Origin: Bacillota bacterium
GTDB lineage: Bacteria; Bacillota; Clostridia; Christensenellales; CAG-138
Assembly: GCA_023451115.1 (NCBI GenBank)
Contig: JAEXFV010000117.1
Span: forward strand, 1 to 51,964
Length of the DNA: 51,964 nucleotides
Direction of reading: 5' to 3'
Both the position numbers and the translations under genes were made by a program. Positions 20,564-29,032 of the stretch are shown here, one piece after another. Position 1 is the stretch's first letter. Every line of letters begins with the position of its first letter. The notes under the pieces are model-generated. The model was given only the letters and a program-made list of their open reading frames with translations, was not told the origin of the DNA and searched no databases.

Positions 20564-20776
20564 AGTATTGACAATATCCAAATTTCATATAATTTGGCTG
20601 TTTTTTAAAAATATTAACTAATATCTTCTAAAATCTTGATTTAAATAATGATTTCTTCGTTTTTCAAGCATTAATTGCTTAAAATAGAAGAATAGTTTAA
20701 AATAAAATAATAATTGTCTTTTTACCGTTTTTCTCTGAAATGGTTGGATTTCAGAGGTTTCAACCAAATGATGTGT

Positions 20777-20806
20777 CAAAGCTTGTAGCTTTGCTTTCTT
20801 TTTTGC
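20777..20806 (+). terminator. Weak terminator-like hairpin in the glpK leader
   Basis: CAAAGC-ttgta-GCTTTG followed by CTTTCTTTTTTGC, 30 nt upstream of the glpK ATG. Confidence 0.3.
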
Positions 20807-20836
20807 TTAAACTTTTCTGGACAGGAGCGATGTGAT

Positions 20837-22345
20837 ATGCAGCAGCTTTTACTGGCTTTGGATCAGGGCACTACCAGTTCCCGGGCAATATTGTTCAATG
20901 GTTTGGGCAATATTTGTGCCAGCGCCCAATTTGAGTTTGCCCAGCATTATCCTAAGCCGGGGTGGGTGGAGCACGATCCCATGGTCATCTTGCACAGTGT
21001 GCAGCGTGCGGCGGCAACGGCCTTGCACCAACGCAATGTTGGCCAGGGGGAAATCGCCGCTATCGGTATTACCAATCAACGGGAAACAACCGTGGTTTGG
21101 GAACGGGCTACGGGCAGGCCGATATACCCTGCAATTGTGTGGCAGTGCCGGCGTACGGCGGCAGAATGCGAAGCGCTGCAAAGCCAGGGGCTAGGGGAAT
21201 ATATTGCACAAAAAACAGGGCTGCTCATTGACGCTTATTTTTCCGCCACTAAGATCCAGTGGATTTTGTCCCATGTAGAGGGGGCGCAGGCCAGGGCGGA
21301 GCGGGGGGAATTGCTCTTTGGCACCATTGACACCTGGCTGATTTGGAATTTGACGGGTGGCAGGGCCCATGTTACGGATTACACTAACGCGGCTCGAACC
21401 ATGTTGTTTGACATTGACCGCCTGTGTTGGGACGAAACGTTGTGTAAAGCGTTGCACATCCCGCTGTGCATGCTGCCGGAACCAAGGCCTTCCAGCTGCG
21501 TTTACGGCGTAGTCGCCCCAGGGATCGCCGGGTTTGAGGAATTGGCAGGCGTACCCATTGCAGGAGCAGCGGGGGATCAACAGGCGGCCTTGTTTGGCCA
21601 GGCATGTTTTACCCCGGGACAAGCAAAAAATACTTATGGTACGGGTTGCTTTTTGGTCATGAACACCGGGAGCCAGTCCTTAAGGAGCCGGAATAGGCTG
21701 TTATCTACCATTGCCTGGGGGTTAAAAGATGGCTCGATTACATATGCTCTGGAAGGAAGCATTTTCAATGCAGGCAGTGTAATCAAGTGGATGCGGGATG
21801 ACCTGGGCATGCTCAAAAACACGCCGGAAATCAATATTCTTGCCGAAAGCGTGCCGGATGCAGGCGGATTGTACCTGGTGCCCGCCTTTACGGGCATGGG
21901 CGCGCCTTATTGGGATATGTATGCTCGGGGGGCTATGTTGGGCATGACCAGGGGAACTACCCGCGCCCATTTTGCCAGGGCGGTGCTAGAGAGCATTGCC
22001 TACCAGGTGAAGGACCTGATCGCTGCCATGGAGGATGACACCGGCGCTGTCCTTTGCGAATTGAAAGTGGATGGCGGCGCATCGGTTTCCAATATTTTAA
22101 TGCAGTTTCAAGCAGACTTGCTGGGCGCTCGCATCAATCGGCCCCAAAACGTGGAAACAACGGCTTTGGGCGCTGCCTATTTGGCAGGGCTTGCGGTAGG
22201 ATTATGGAAGGATCAAAAGGAGATTGCTGCCAACTGGAAGTCGGAGCGGGTATTTACCCCGCAAATGGCGCTGGAACAAAGCCAAGCATATTATGCTGGA
22301 TGGAAGAGGGCGGTAGCCAGGGCGCTGGATTGGGTAGAGCATTGA
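20837..22345 (+). CDS. glpK: Glycerol kinase
   Basis: 502 aa: [44 protein letters not shown] and VDGGAS. Confidence 0.96.
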   Translation: MQQLLLALDQGTTSSRAILFNGLGNICASAQFEFAQHYPKPGWVEHDPMVILHSVQRAAATALHQRNVGQGEIAAIGITNQRETTVVWERATGRPIYPAIVWQCRRTAAECEALQSQGLGEYIAQKTGLLIDAYFSATKIQWILSHVEGAQARAERGELLFGTIDTWLIWNLTGGRAHVTDYTNAARTMLFDIDRLCWDETLCKALHIPLCMLPEPRPSSCVYGVVAPGIAGFEELAGVPIAGAAGDQQAALFGQACFTPGQAKNTYGTGCFLVMNTGSQSLRSRNRLLSTIAWGLKDGSITYALEGSIFNAGSVIKWMRDDLGMLKNTPEINILAESVPDAGGLYLVPAFTGMGAPYWDMYARGAMLGMTRGTTRAHFARAVLESIAYQVKDLIAAMEDDTGAVLCELKVDGGASVSNILMQFQADLLGARINRPQNVETTALGAAYLAGLAVGLWKDQKEIAANWKSERVFTPQMALEQSQAYYAGWKRAVARALDWVEH

Positions 22346-22416
22346 GCCATAATGAAAATGAGCTTTTTTCAATGGGAGCGGGCTAGAATTTTGAAAAGGG
22401 AGAAGACAAAAAGAGC

Positions 22417-23526
22417 ATGGAAACCAGGCCATATGTTTCATGGGAGTGTATCGTTGGTTTTATGACGGAAGCCTTTGAAAAGCTGGGAGTTCCGCCAGAG
22501 GAAGCAGCACTGTGTGCGGATGTGTTGGCAGAAAGCGACCGCCGGGGCATTGAGAGCCATGGCTGTAACCGCTTTAAGCCCATCTATGTGGATCGAATTC
22601 AGGCGGGTATTCAACGGCCAATTACGCAATTTGAGGTTTTAAAGGAAACCGCTACCACCGCAGTGGCGGATGCCCATGACGGCATGGGCATGGTGGCTGG
22701 GTATAAAGCCATGTCCATGGCGATAGAAAAGGCCAGGCAGTATGGAATGGGTATGGTGGCGGTGCGCAATTCCACCCATTATGGAATTGCCGGGTATTAT
22801 GCTACCATGGCCACCAAAGAAAACATGATCGGCATAACCGGAACCAATGCACGACCTTCCATTGCCCCTACATTTGGCGTGGAAAATATGTTGGGCACGA
22901 ACCCTTTAACCATCGGGCTTCCCACAGATGAAGACTTTCCCTTTGTGCTGGATTGCGCTACCTCCATTACCCAACGGGGTAAAATTGAATACTATGCCCG
23001 TACTGGGCAGGATACCCCGAAAGGCATGGTAATAGGGCGGGATGGTTCTGCCATGACGGATAGCGGCCAAATATTAAAGGATTTGACCAGCGGCCATGCC
23101 GCTTTAGCCCCATTAGGCGGTATTGGGGAGGAACTGGCCGGTTATAAGGGCTATGGCTATGCTACGGTGGTAGAGGTGCTTTCTGCTGCGCTGCAAGCGG
23201 GGAGCTTTTTGAAAATGCTTACCGGCCTAGACCAGCAGGGACATAAACAGCCCTATCACTTGGGCCATTTCTTTATGGCCATCGATACGGAGGCATTTTT
23301 GGGGGCCGAGAGCTTTAAAAACACGACAGGAAATATTTTGAGGGAATTGCGGGCCTCACAAAAAGCGCCCGGCCAACAGCGCATTTATACTGCCGGGGAA
23401 AAGGAATATCTGGTGTGGCTGGAGCGAAAGGACAAGGGCGTGCCCGTAGGTGAGGCGGTGCAAAAGGAATTCATTGCTGTTCGGGATGCTTTGGGGTTAA
23501 AGCGCCGTTTCCCTTTTGAAAATTGA
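22417..23526 (+). CDS. Ldh_2 family oxidoreductase (malate/L-lactate/ureidoglycolate dehydrogenase type 2 family)
   Basis: DRRGIESHGCNRF, VRNSTHYGIAGYY, NPLTIGLP and GYKGYGYA are typical family motifs. Confidence 0.8.
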   Translation: METRPYVSWECIVGFMTEAFEKLGVPPEEAALCADVLAESDRRGIESHGCNRFKPIYVDRIQAGIQRPITQFEVLKETATTAVADAHDGMGMVAGYKAMSMAIEKARQYGMGMVAVRNSTHYGIAGYYATMATKENMIGITGTNARPSIAPTFGVENMLGTNPLTIGLPTDEDFPFVLDCATSITQRGKIEYYARTGQDTPKGMVIGRDGSAMTDSGQILKDLTSGHAALAPLGGIGEELAGYKGYGYATVVEVLSAALQAGSFLKMLTGLDQQGHKQPYHLGHFFMAIDTEAFLGAESFKNTTGNILRELRASQKAPGQQRIYTAGEKEYLVWLERKDKGVPVGEAVQKEFIAVRDALGLKRRFPFEN

Positions 23527-23547
23527 TAAGCGCTATAATAGCAAAGT

Positions 23548-23583
23548 GCGTCTGCTTCCTTTCCGGTTGCAGACGCCCTTATT
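23548..23583. terminator. Hairpin between convergent genes (possible terminator)
   Basis: GCGTCTGC-13 nt loop-GCAGACGC followed by CCTTATT. Confidence 0.4.
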
Positions 23584-23592
23584 ACACTCAGG

Positions 23593-24876
23593 TCATATGG
23601 TTATTTTGCGCCCTGCGGAATATCGGCCGATTATCGCCTGATCATCTCCAAGGTACATCAAACGCTCCAGCCGTTCGGATATCGTGAGGGGGCGAGAGGG
23701 TGGCAGGGTGCTGTCGTCCAGCGCCAGGGCATGGAGTAGGTTCCCTTTTTGAAAACCGGGGCCTTCCCCAAAGTAAAGCTGGCCGGCGGAAGTAATGAGA
23801 TAAAACGCTTCCGCTACCGTGAGAAATGCCTCTTGTTGATTGGTCAGCAGCCAATTGCGTTTGGAGGCCCGGATAGCGGCCGCAGCCGTACCCAACATGG
23901 AAAGCTGAGCGCCGCCGGCAATATCCGAGCCTAAGGCAACGGATAAGCCCTCATTCAGCATCCGGCGTACTGGAGCGACACCGGTAGGGATGTTAATATT
24001 GCTGTCCGGGCAATGGGCCACCCATGCGCCGTGGTCTTTGATTGCCTGCCGCTCCTTTTCATCGGAGTATACGCAGTGGGCCATTACAGTGCCAGGGCCG
24101 AAAAGCCCGCAGGAGGCGTAACTTTCCCAATATTGGTGGCAATCGGGGCGCAGGGAACGCACCCATGCGTCTTCTTCCAGGTTTTCCGATAGGTGTGATT
24201 GCACCCGGAGGCCATATTCTTGCGCCAATTCCCCTAAGCCGCGCATCAGCTCATCTGAACAGGAGGGGGTAAACCGAGGCGTAAGCATGGGCGCAAGGTG
24301 CGGATATTTGCCCCGGCATTCTTCCACCCAACGTCGGGTTTCCAGCAGGGATTCCGCTGTGGTTTCCCGCAAGCTGTCAGGACAATTGCGATCCATATTC
24401 ACTTTGCCTACAAACCCGGTGACGCCTGCCTGTTCCAGCTCTTCCATCAGCACATGGGTAGCCTCCCGATGCACAGAGGAGAACATGCACACCCGGGTAG
24501 TCCCCTTGCAGACCAAAGCATATGCCAGATGGCGATAAACTTTGCGGGCAAAATCCAGATCACGAAACATCGCTTCTGTTTTAAAGGTATAGGTCTCCAG
24601 CCAGTCCAGCAACTGCAGATCCATGCCCAGGCCCAACATAGCATATTGTGGCCCATGCAGGTGTAAATCCGTGAAAGAGGGCACGATCAGGGCATCTCCA
24701 TAATCTTCCACAGGCAATCCTTCCCACTCTGGGCGCAAAACCGGAACGATATCCGAAATCACGCCATCCTCAACGAAAAGATAGCCATGTTGCAAAATTT
24801 CTAGGCTGCCGAAAACCGGAGCATGCACCAAATTGCCGCGAATAAGCATGGCTCCATGAAGTTGTTGCAGTTTCAT
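23593..24876 (-). CDS. guaD: Guanine deaminase (amidohydrolase superfamily)
   Basis: I chose the ATG at 24876 (AAGGAG 8 nt upstream). FTDLHLHGPQYAMLG...LLDWLETYTFKTE, GKVNMDRNCPD, TPRFTPSC, HLSEN and GSDIAGG run collinear with E. coli GuaD motifs. Confidence 0.84.
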   Translation of the reverse strand: MKLQQLHGAMLIRGNLVHAPVFGSLEILQHGYLFVEDGVISDIVPVLRPEWEGLPVEDYGDALIVPSFTDLHLHGPQYAMLGLGMDLQLLDWLETYTFKTEAMFRDLDFARKVYRHLAYALVCKGTTRVCMFSSVHREATHVLMEELEQAGVTGFVGKVNMDRNCPDSLRETTAESLLETRRWVEECRGKYPHLAPMLTPRFTPSCSDELMRGLGELAQEYGLRVQSHLSENLEEDAWVRSLRPDCHQYWESYASCGLFGPGTVMAHCVYSDEKERQAIKDHGAWVAHCPDSNINIPTGVAPVRRMLNEGLSVALGSDIAGGAQLSMLGTAAAAIRASKRNWLLTNQQEAFLTVAEAFYLITSAGQLYFGEGPGFQKGNLLHALALDDSTLPPSRPLTISERLERLMYLGDDQAIIGRYSAGRKITI

Positions 24877-24945
24877 CGTAATTGCTCCTTTTATGCCGCA
24901 TGCTATCATGGGGCGATATACCAAGTCGTTTGCCTTCATTCGAAA

Positions 24946-25542
24946 TCAGGGCAAAAAGTCCGCCGGTGAATCGATATCCAACAGTTCTTGCTCCTGTGAA
25001 ACTTCAATTAGCCTGAGCGCTTCCTCATGGGCCCGTATTACTGCGCTGCCCCCCGTATCCCCTTGTAGGGAGAGCAACTCGGGAAAATAAATCCGCGGGA
25101 AGATAGCAGGGTTGCCCCGTTTGCCATGGTAAGCCAAGGCTAGGATATGCTGGGGGCCTTTTTTCCATGCGTCCGCCAGAATAGTAATGCTTTGGGCATT
25201 CAGGTAGGGCTGATCACCCACGCAAAACATACAGCCGCTCAGGTTGGGGCAGGCAGTAAGCAAGGCCCCCAGCCCCAGCCGGATGCTGCTGCTTACCCCC
25301 TGCTTTGGATCAGGGTTAAAAACGGTTAAAAACCCCCGCTCAATCGCCAGATCCGCTACCGGCTGATATTGGGTAACCACCATTACCGGTGAAAGGCCGC
25401 TGGCCTGCAGCGCATCCATCCCATAGGCAATGATTGGCTTGCCGTTTAAAGGCTGTAGCAGCTTGTTTTTACCAAATCGGGCGGCATTGCCTGCTGCCAT
25501 CAGCACGCAACCCAAAGTTGGAAGAAGGGCAGAGGAGCTCAT
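24946..25542 (-). CDS. MobA/MocA-like nucleotidyltransferase (molybdenum cofactor cytidylyl/guanylyl-transferase family)
   Basis: VLMAAGNAARFGKNKLLQPLNGKPI is the N-terminal NTP-transferase motif, and GDQP appears later. The start overlaps the upstream stop codon (ATGA). Confidence 0.78.
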   Translation of the reverse strand: MSSSALLPTLGCVLMAAGNAARFGKNKLLQPLNGKPIIAYGMDALQASGLSPVMVVTQYQPVADLAIERGFLTVFNPDPKQGVSSSIRLGLGALLTACPNLSGCMFCVGDQPYLNAQSITILADAWKKGPQHILALAYHGKRGNPAIFPRIYFPELLSLQGDTGGSAVIRAHEEALRLIEVSQEQELLDIDSPADFLP

Positions 25543-26906
25543 TGGATTTGCCCTGACGGGTGGCGGTGCACATACTGGCCCTTGCCAGGCGCCACCACCG
25601 TGCCGTTTTGTACCACATGCTGTCCTCTGAGCAGCACATCCCTGGCGTAGCCCTGCACTGGGAATCCTTCAAATGGGGTATTGTCGCAATGATGGGCTAA
25701 GGTCTTATGGGAAAGAACCTCTTGATGATCCGGGTCCCATATCACAATATCGGCATCTGCGCCTGGAACAATTGCGCCTTTTTCCGGCAGCATGCCGAAT
25801 AAGCTTGCCGCATTGGTGGAAAGAAGCTGGGCCATCTGCGGCAGGGTAATGCGGCCAGCCAGTACACCATAGGTGTAGATCAGCTGCGCACGGGTCTGAA
25901 CGCCTGCGCCCCCATTGGGGATCAGGGAAAAGTCGTCCTTGCCCAGGGCTTTGTCGGCCATGGTGAAGGGGCAGTGATCCGTGCCAATGGTTTGAATGGC
26001 GGCGCTTTGCAACCCTGCCCACAAGGCCTCGTTGTCTTCCTTCTTGCGCAGCGGCGGAGACATGACGAATTTCGCCCCATCCGGGTCCGCGTAACGGCTG
26101 TCATCCAATAATAAATATTGCGGGCAGGTCTCCAAATAGACCTGTTGGCCCCGTTTGCGGGCAAGCTCAGCCTCCAACAGCCCTTGCGCAGTGGATAGAT
26201 GTACGATATACGCCGGAGCCTTTGCCAACTCTGCCAGCCGCAAATAGCGGTTTACAGCTTCTGCTTCCATGGGACCGGGGCGGGAGGCCGGGTGCCCGGT
26301 AGGGTCAGTATGGCCCAATGCTTTCTGTTCCTCAATCATAGCCAACAGCAAATCCCAGTTTTCACAATGCATGCCGATCAAACAGCCTTTGTCCCGGGTA
26401 TACTTCAGGGCGCGGTAGATGGCCCCGTCATCCATTTTCAGCCCGTCATATACCATGTACATTTTATAGGAAGTGACCCCTTGTTCCGTCATGCGTGGGA
26501 TTTCAGCGGCAACGTCGGCATCCCAACGGGCAATGGCCATGTGAAAGCCGTAATCACAGGAACTGCCCTGGGCTTTTTTATGCCATTGCTCCAAGGCGGT
26601 CTGCAGGGTACCGTCACGCTGTTGGGTAGCAAAATCCAGTACTGTGGTAGTGCCGCCTAACAAGGCTGCTTTGGTGCCTGTAACAAAATCGTCAGCGGCG
26701 GTGGCGGTGGCAAGCTCCAGGTCAAAATGGGTGTGGGTGTCGATAAACCCAGGAAAAACCAGGCAGCCGCCTGCGTCGAGAACAGTAGCGCCATCACACT
26801 TGAGGCCCGGGCTTACGGCTGCAATTTTTCCCTGCCGCACCAGCACATCCGCCTGCCATACTCCGTTGGGGAGCACCACTTGGCCGTTTTTAATTAGCAT
26901 GCACAT
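25539..26906 (-). CDS. Cyclic amidohydrolase of the dihydropyrimidinase / D-hydantoinase (HyuA/YgeZ-like) family
   Basis: 455 aa: GFIDTHTHFDL, SYKMYMVY (carboxylated-Lys context), HCEN, VHLS and GTDHCPF. Confidence 0.86.
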   Translation of the reverse strand: MCMLIKNGQVVLPNGVWQADVLVRQGKIAAVSPGLKCDGATVLDAGGCLVFPGFIDTHTHFDLELATATAADDFVTGTKAALLGGTTTVLDFATQQRDGTLQTALEQWHKKAQGSSCDYGFHMAIARWDADVAAEIPRMTEQGVTSYKMYMVYDGLKMDDGAIYRALKYTRDKGCLIGMHCENWDLLLAMIEEQKALGHTDPTGHPASRPGPMEAEAVNRYLRLAELAKAPAYIVHLSTAQGLLEAELARKRGQQVYLETCPQYLLLDDSRYADPDGAKFVMSPPLRKKEDNEALWAGLQSAAIQTIGTDHCPFTMADKALGKDDFSLIPNGGAGVQTRAQLIYTYGVLAGRITLPQMAQLLSTNAASLFGMLPEKGAIVPGADADIVIWDPDHQEVLSHKTLAHHCDNTPFEGFPVQGYARDVLLRGQHVVQNGTVVAPGKGQYVHRHPSGQIQ

Positions 26907-26961
26907 ACGATTTCCCTCCCTAATTAAACAATGATATCGATCGTTTGATACAATGGAAATC

Positions 26962-27091
26962 TAAAACAAAAAAAGCACCCAACCGCAGGGAAACACGCTT
27001 CCTGCAGAGGGGCCCTCATAGCGGAACATATGTATTGCGGCTGTTCCGTAGAAACATTTGCGCCATCAAAAGCAAATCTATATGAGAGGCC
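26962..27091 (-). promoter_or_regulatory. Purine (guanine-class) riboswitch variant plus intrinsic terminator, in the leader of the hydantoinase-like/MocA/guaD operon
   Basis: The minus strand reads CTCTCATA-TAG-ATTTGC-ttttgatggc-GCAAAT-GTTTCTAC-GGAACA-gccgcaatacata-TGTTCC-GC-TATGAGGG. This gives P1, P2 and P3, an exact J2/3 GUUUCUAC, and a C at the specificity position. It is followed by GCCCCTCTGCAGGGAA-gcgtgt-TTCCCTGCGGTTGGGTGC and TTTTTTT. Confidence 0.72.
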
Positions 27092-27264
27092 ATCGCCGAC
27101 AAAAAAAATTTAAAAAATTTATTCCGTACATTCTTTGTATTGTCAGCAACAAACATTCATTCTTTTATGATAGTTTATCATCCTTTTTTTTAGATTACAA
27201 TAGCCCCACCGTATTTTCTCGGCATACTGGAGATTTCCCCTCTTTTCAGAGACTTTGTACGCCC

Positions 27265-27292
27265 TTGCCGAATTTGTTTATTCTGCTATACT
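27265..27292 (+). promoter_or_regulatory. Putative sigma-A promoter of the ade-xdh operon
   Basis: TTGCCG, a 16 nt spacer and TATACT lie about 25 nt upstream of the ade ATG. Confidence 0.35.
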
Positions 27293-27316
27293 ACAAAAAA
27301 GGCAGGTGTTGAAGCG

Positions 27317-29011
27317 ATGCATTCTGAAAAACTGGCCCACCTGATTACCAGCGCTATGGAGCGCCGGCCGACATTAGCGCTGAAAAATGCGCGCATTGTC
27401 AATGTGTTTTCTCAGGAAGTGATCCAAGGAGATATTGCCATTTGTGATGACACCCTCATCGGCATTGGAAGCTATCACGCCCCCAGGGAGATCGATTTAA
27501 AAGGCGCTTATGTTTGCCCTGGATTTATCGACGCACATGTCCATATAGAGAGCACCATGGCCCATCCTGCCCGGTTTGCCCAGGCAGTATTGCCTCACGG
27601 CACTACCACAGTGGTGGCGGATCCCCATGAACTGGCTAACGTGTGCGGAATACCGGGCATTCAATATCTTCTTGAGCAAACAGAAGGGTTACCGCTTCAA
27701 GTCTATATGATGGCGCCTTCCTGCGTTCCCTGCACCGGATTTGAAAGCAGCGGAGCAACATTGCTCGCAAAGGATCTGAAATCGCTTCTGTCTCACCCCA
27801 GGGTATTGGGGTTGGGAGAGGTGATGGACTACACGGCGGTCAGTCAGGCAGAGCCAAACATGCTGGATAAGTTATCGCTTTTTGCCGGGCGGCCCATTGA
27901 TGGCCATGCGCCTCTGGTAAGTGGGGACGCCCTGAACGCCTATTGCATTGCCGGCCCGATGACCGACCACGAGTGCTCCAATTACGAGGAGATTTTGGAA
28001 AAGCTGCGCTGTGGCTTGCGTATTCAGCTACGCATGGGTTCCGCAGCCCATGGAATTGAATCCATTTTCCGCCGTATTGCATGGGAGGAATTGCCTACGG
28101 ATCGCATGATGTTCTGTACGGATGACAAACATCTGGAGGACACCCGGCGGGATGGGCATATCAATTACATCCTGCGCAGGGCAGTGGCGGCGGGAATCGG
28201 ACCGATCCAGGCCATCCGCATGGCCACATTGAACCCTGCCCAGGCTTATGGCCTGCGGGACCGGGGCGCAATTGCTCCAGGTTGCCGGGCGGATCTTGTG
28301 GTATTGCCCAATCTGCGGGAATTCAAACCGGAAATGGTTTTTGTAGCTGGGCAGCCTTATGAGGATTGCTCGTTATCCATAGAAAAAGTAACAGGAAATA
28401 TGGCGTCCTCCGTGCGGCTTGCCCCCAGAACCCCAGGTTGTCTTGATTTGCAGGCCAAAGGCGTTATGCCGGTGATTGAGCTTGTCCCTGCCCAACTGGT
28501 CACCAAGCTGGCCTATAGGGAGGTGCCGGTGGATGCTCAGGGAAATTTTCAACCGGGTTGGGGATTGAATAAGCTGGCGGTGCTGGAGCGGCACCATGCT
28601 ACTGGACGTATTGGGTTGGGGATTTTAAGCGGGTTGGGGATCCAACAGGGAGCGATTGCTTCTACGGTAGCCCATGATTCCCATAACCTAGTGGTGGCAG
28701 GGGATAACGACAGGGACATACGGTTGGCCATCGATGCTTTGGAAGGCTGTGGCGGCGGATATGTAGTGGTAAATCAAGGGCAAGTAAAGGCGTTGCTCCC
28801 TCTGCCCATTGGTGGGCTGATGACGGAGCTGCCGCTGGATGCGTTGCTTGCGGCGCAGCAATCCTTGCTGCAAGCCGCGGCAGAGCTGGAGGTATCCCAT
28901 GGATCCGACCCATTTATTACGTTATCGTTTTTAGCATTGCCAGTGATCCCTTATGTGCGCTTGACGGACTTGGGGGTATTCGATGTATTGCAGCAGCGGT
29001 TTATCCGCTGA
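27317..29011 (+). CDS. ade: Adenine deaminase
   Basis: 564 aa: PGFIDAHVHIESTM, TTVVADPHELANV, DGHAP and FCTDD, which is the Ade (amidohydrolase) family layout. Confidence 0.9.
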   Translation: MHSEKLAHLITSAMERRPTLALKNARIVNVFSQEVIQGDIAICDDTLIGIGSYHAPREIDLKGAYVCPGFIDAHVHIESTMAHPARFAQAVLPHGTTTVVADPHELANVCGIPGIQYLLEQTEGLPLQVYMMAPSCVPCTGFESSGATLLAKDLKSLLSHPRVLGLGEVMDYTAVSQAEPNMLDKLSLFAGRPIDGHAPLVSGDALNAYCIAGPMTDHECSNYEEILEKLRCGLRIQLRMGSAAHGIESIFRRIAWEELPTDRMMFCTDDKHLEDTRRDGHINYILRRAVAAGIGPIQAIRMATLNPAQAYGLRDRGAIAPGCRADLVVLPNLREFKPEMVFVAGQPYEDCSLSIEKVTGNMASSVRLAPRTPGCLDLQAKGVMPVIELVPAQLVTKLAYREVPVDAQGNFQPGWGLNKLAVLERHHATGRIGLGILSGLGIQQGAIASTVAHDSHNLVVAGDNDRDIRLAIDALEGCGGGYVVVNQGQVKALLPLPIGGLMTELPLDALLAAQQSLLQAAAELEVSHGSDPFITLSFLALPVIPYVRLTDLGVFDVLQQRFIR

Positions 29012-29032
29012 GTTTGGAAGGAGGATTGTCGT

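Noticed and set aside
27092-27316. A second purine riboswitch on the + strand in front of adenine deaminase
   Set aside because: There is no GTTTCTAC junction and no P1/P2/P3 arrangement. The region looks like a plain AT-rich promoter region.
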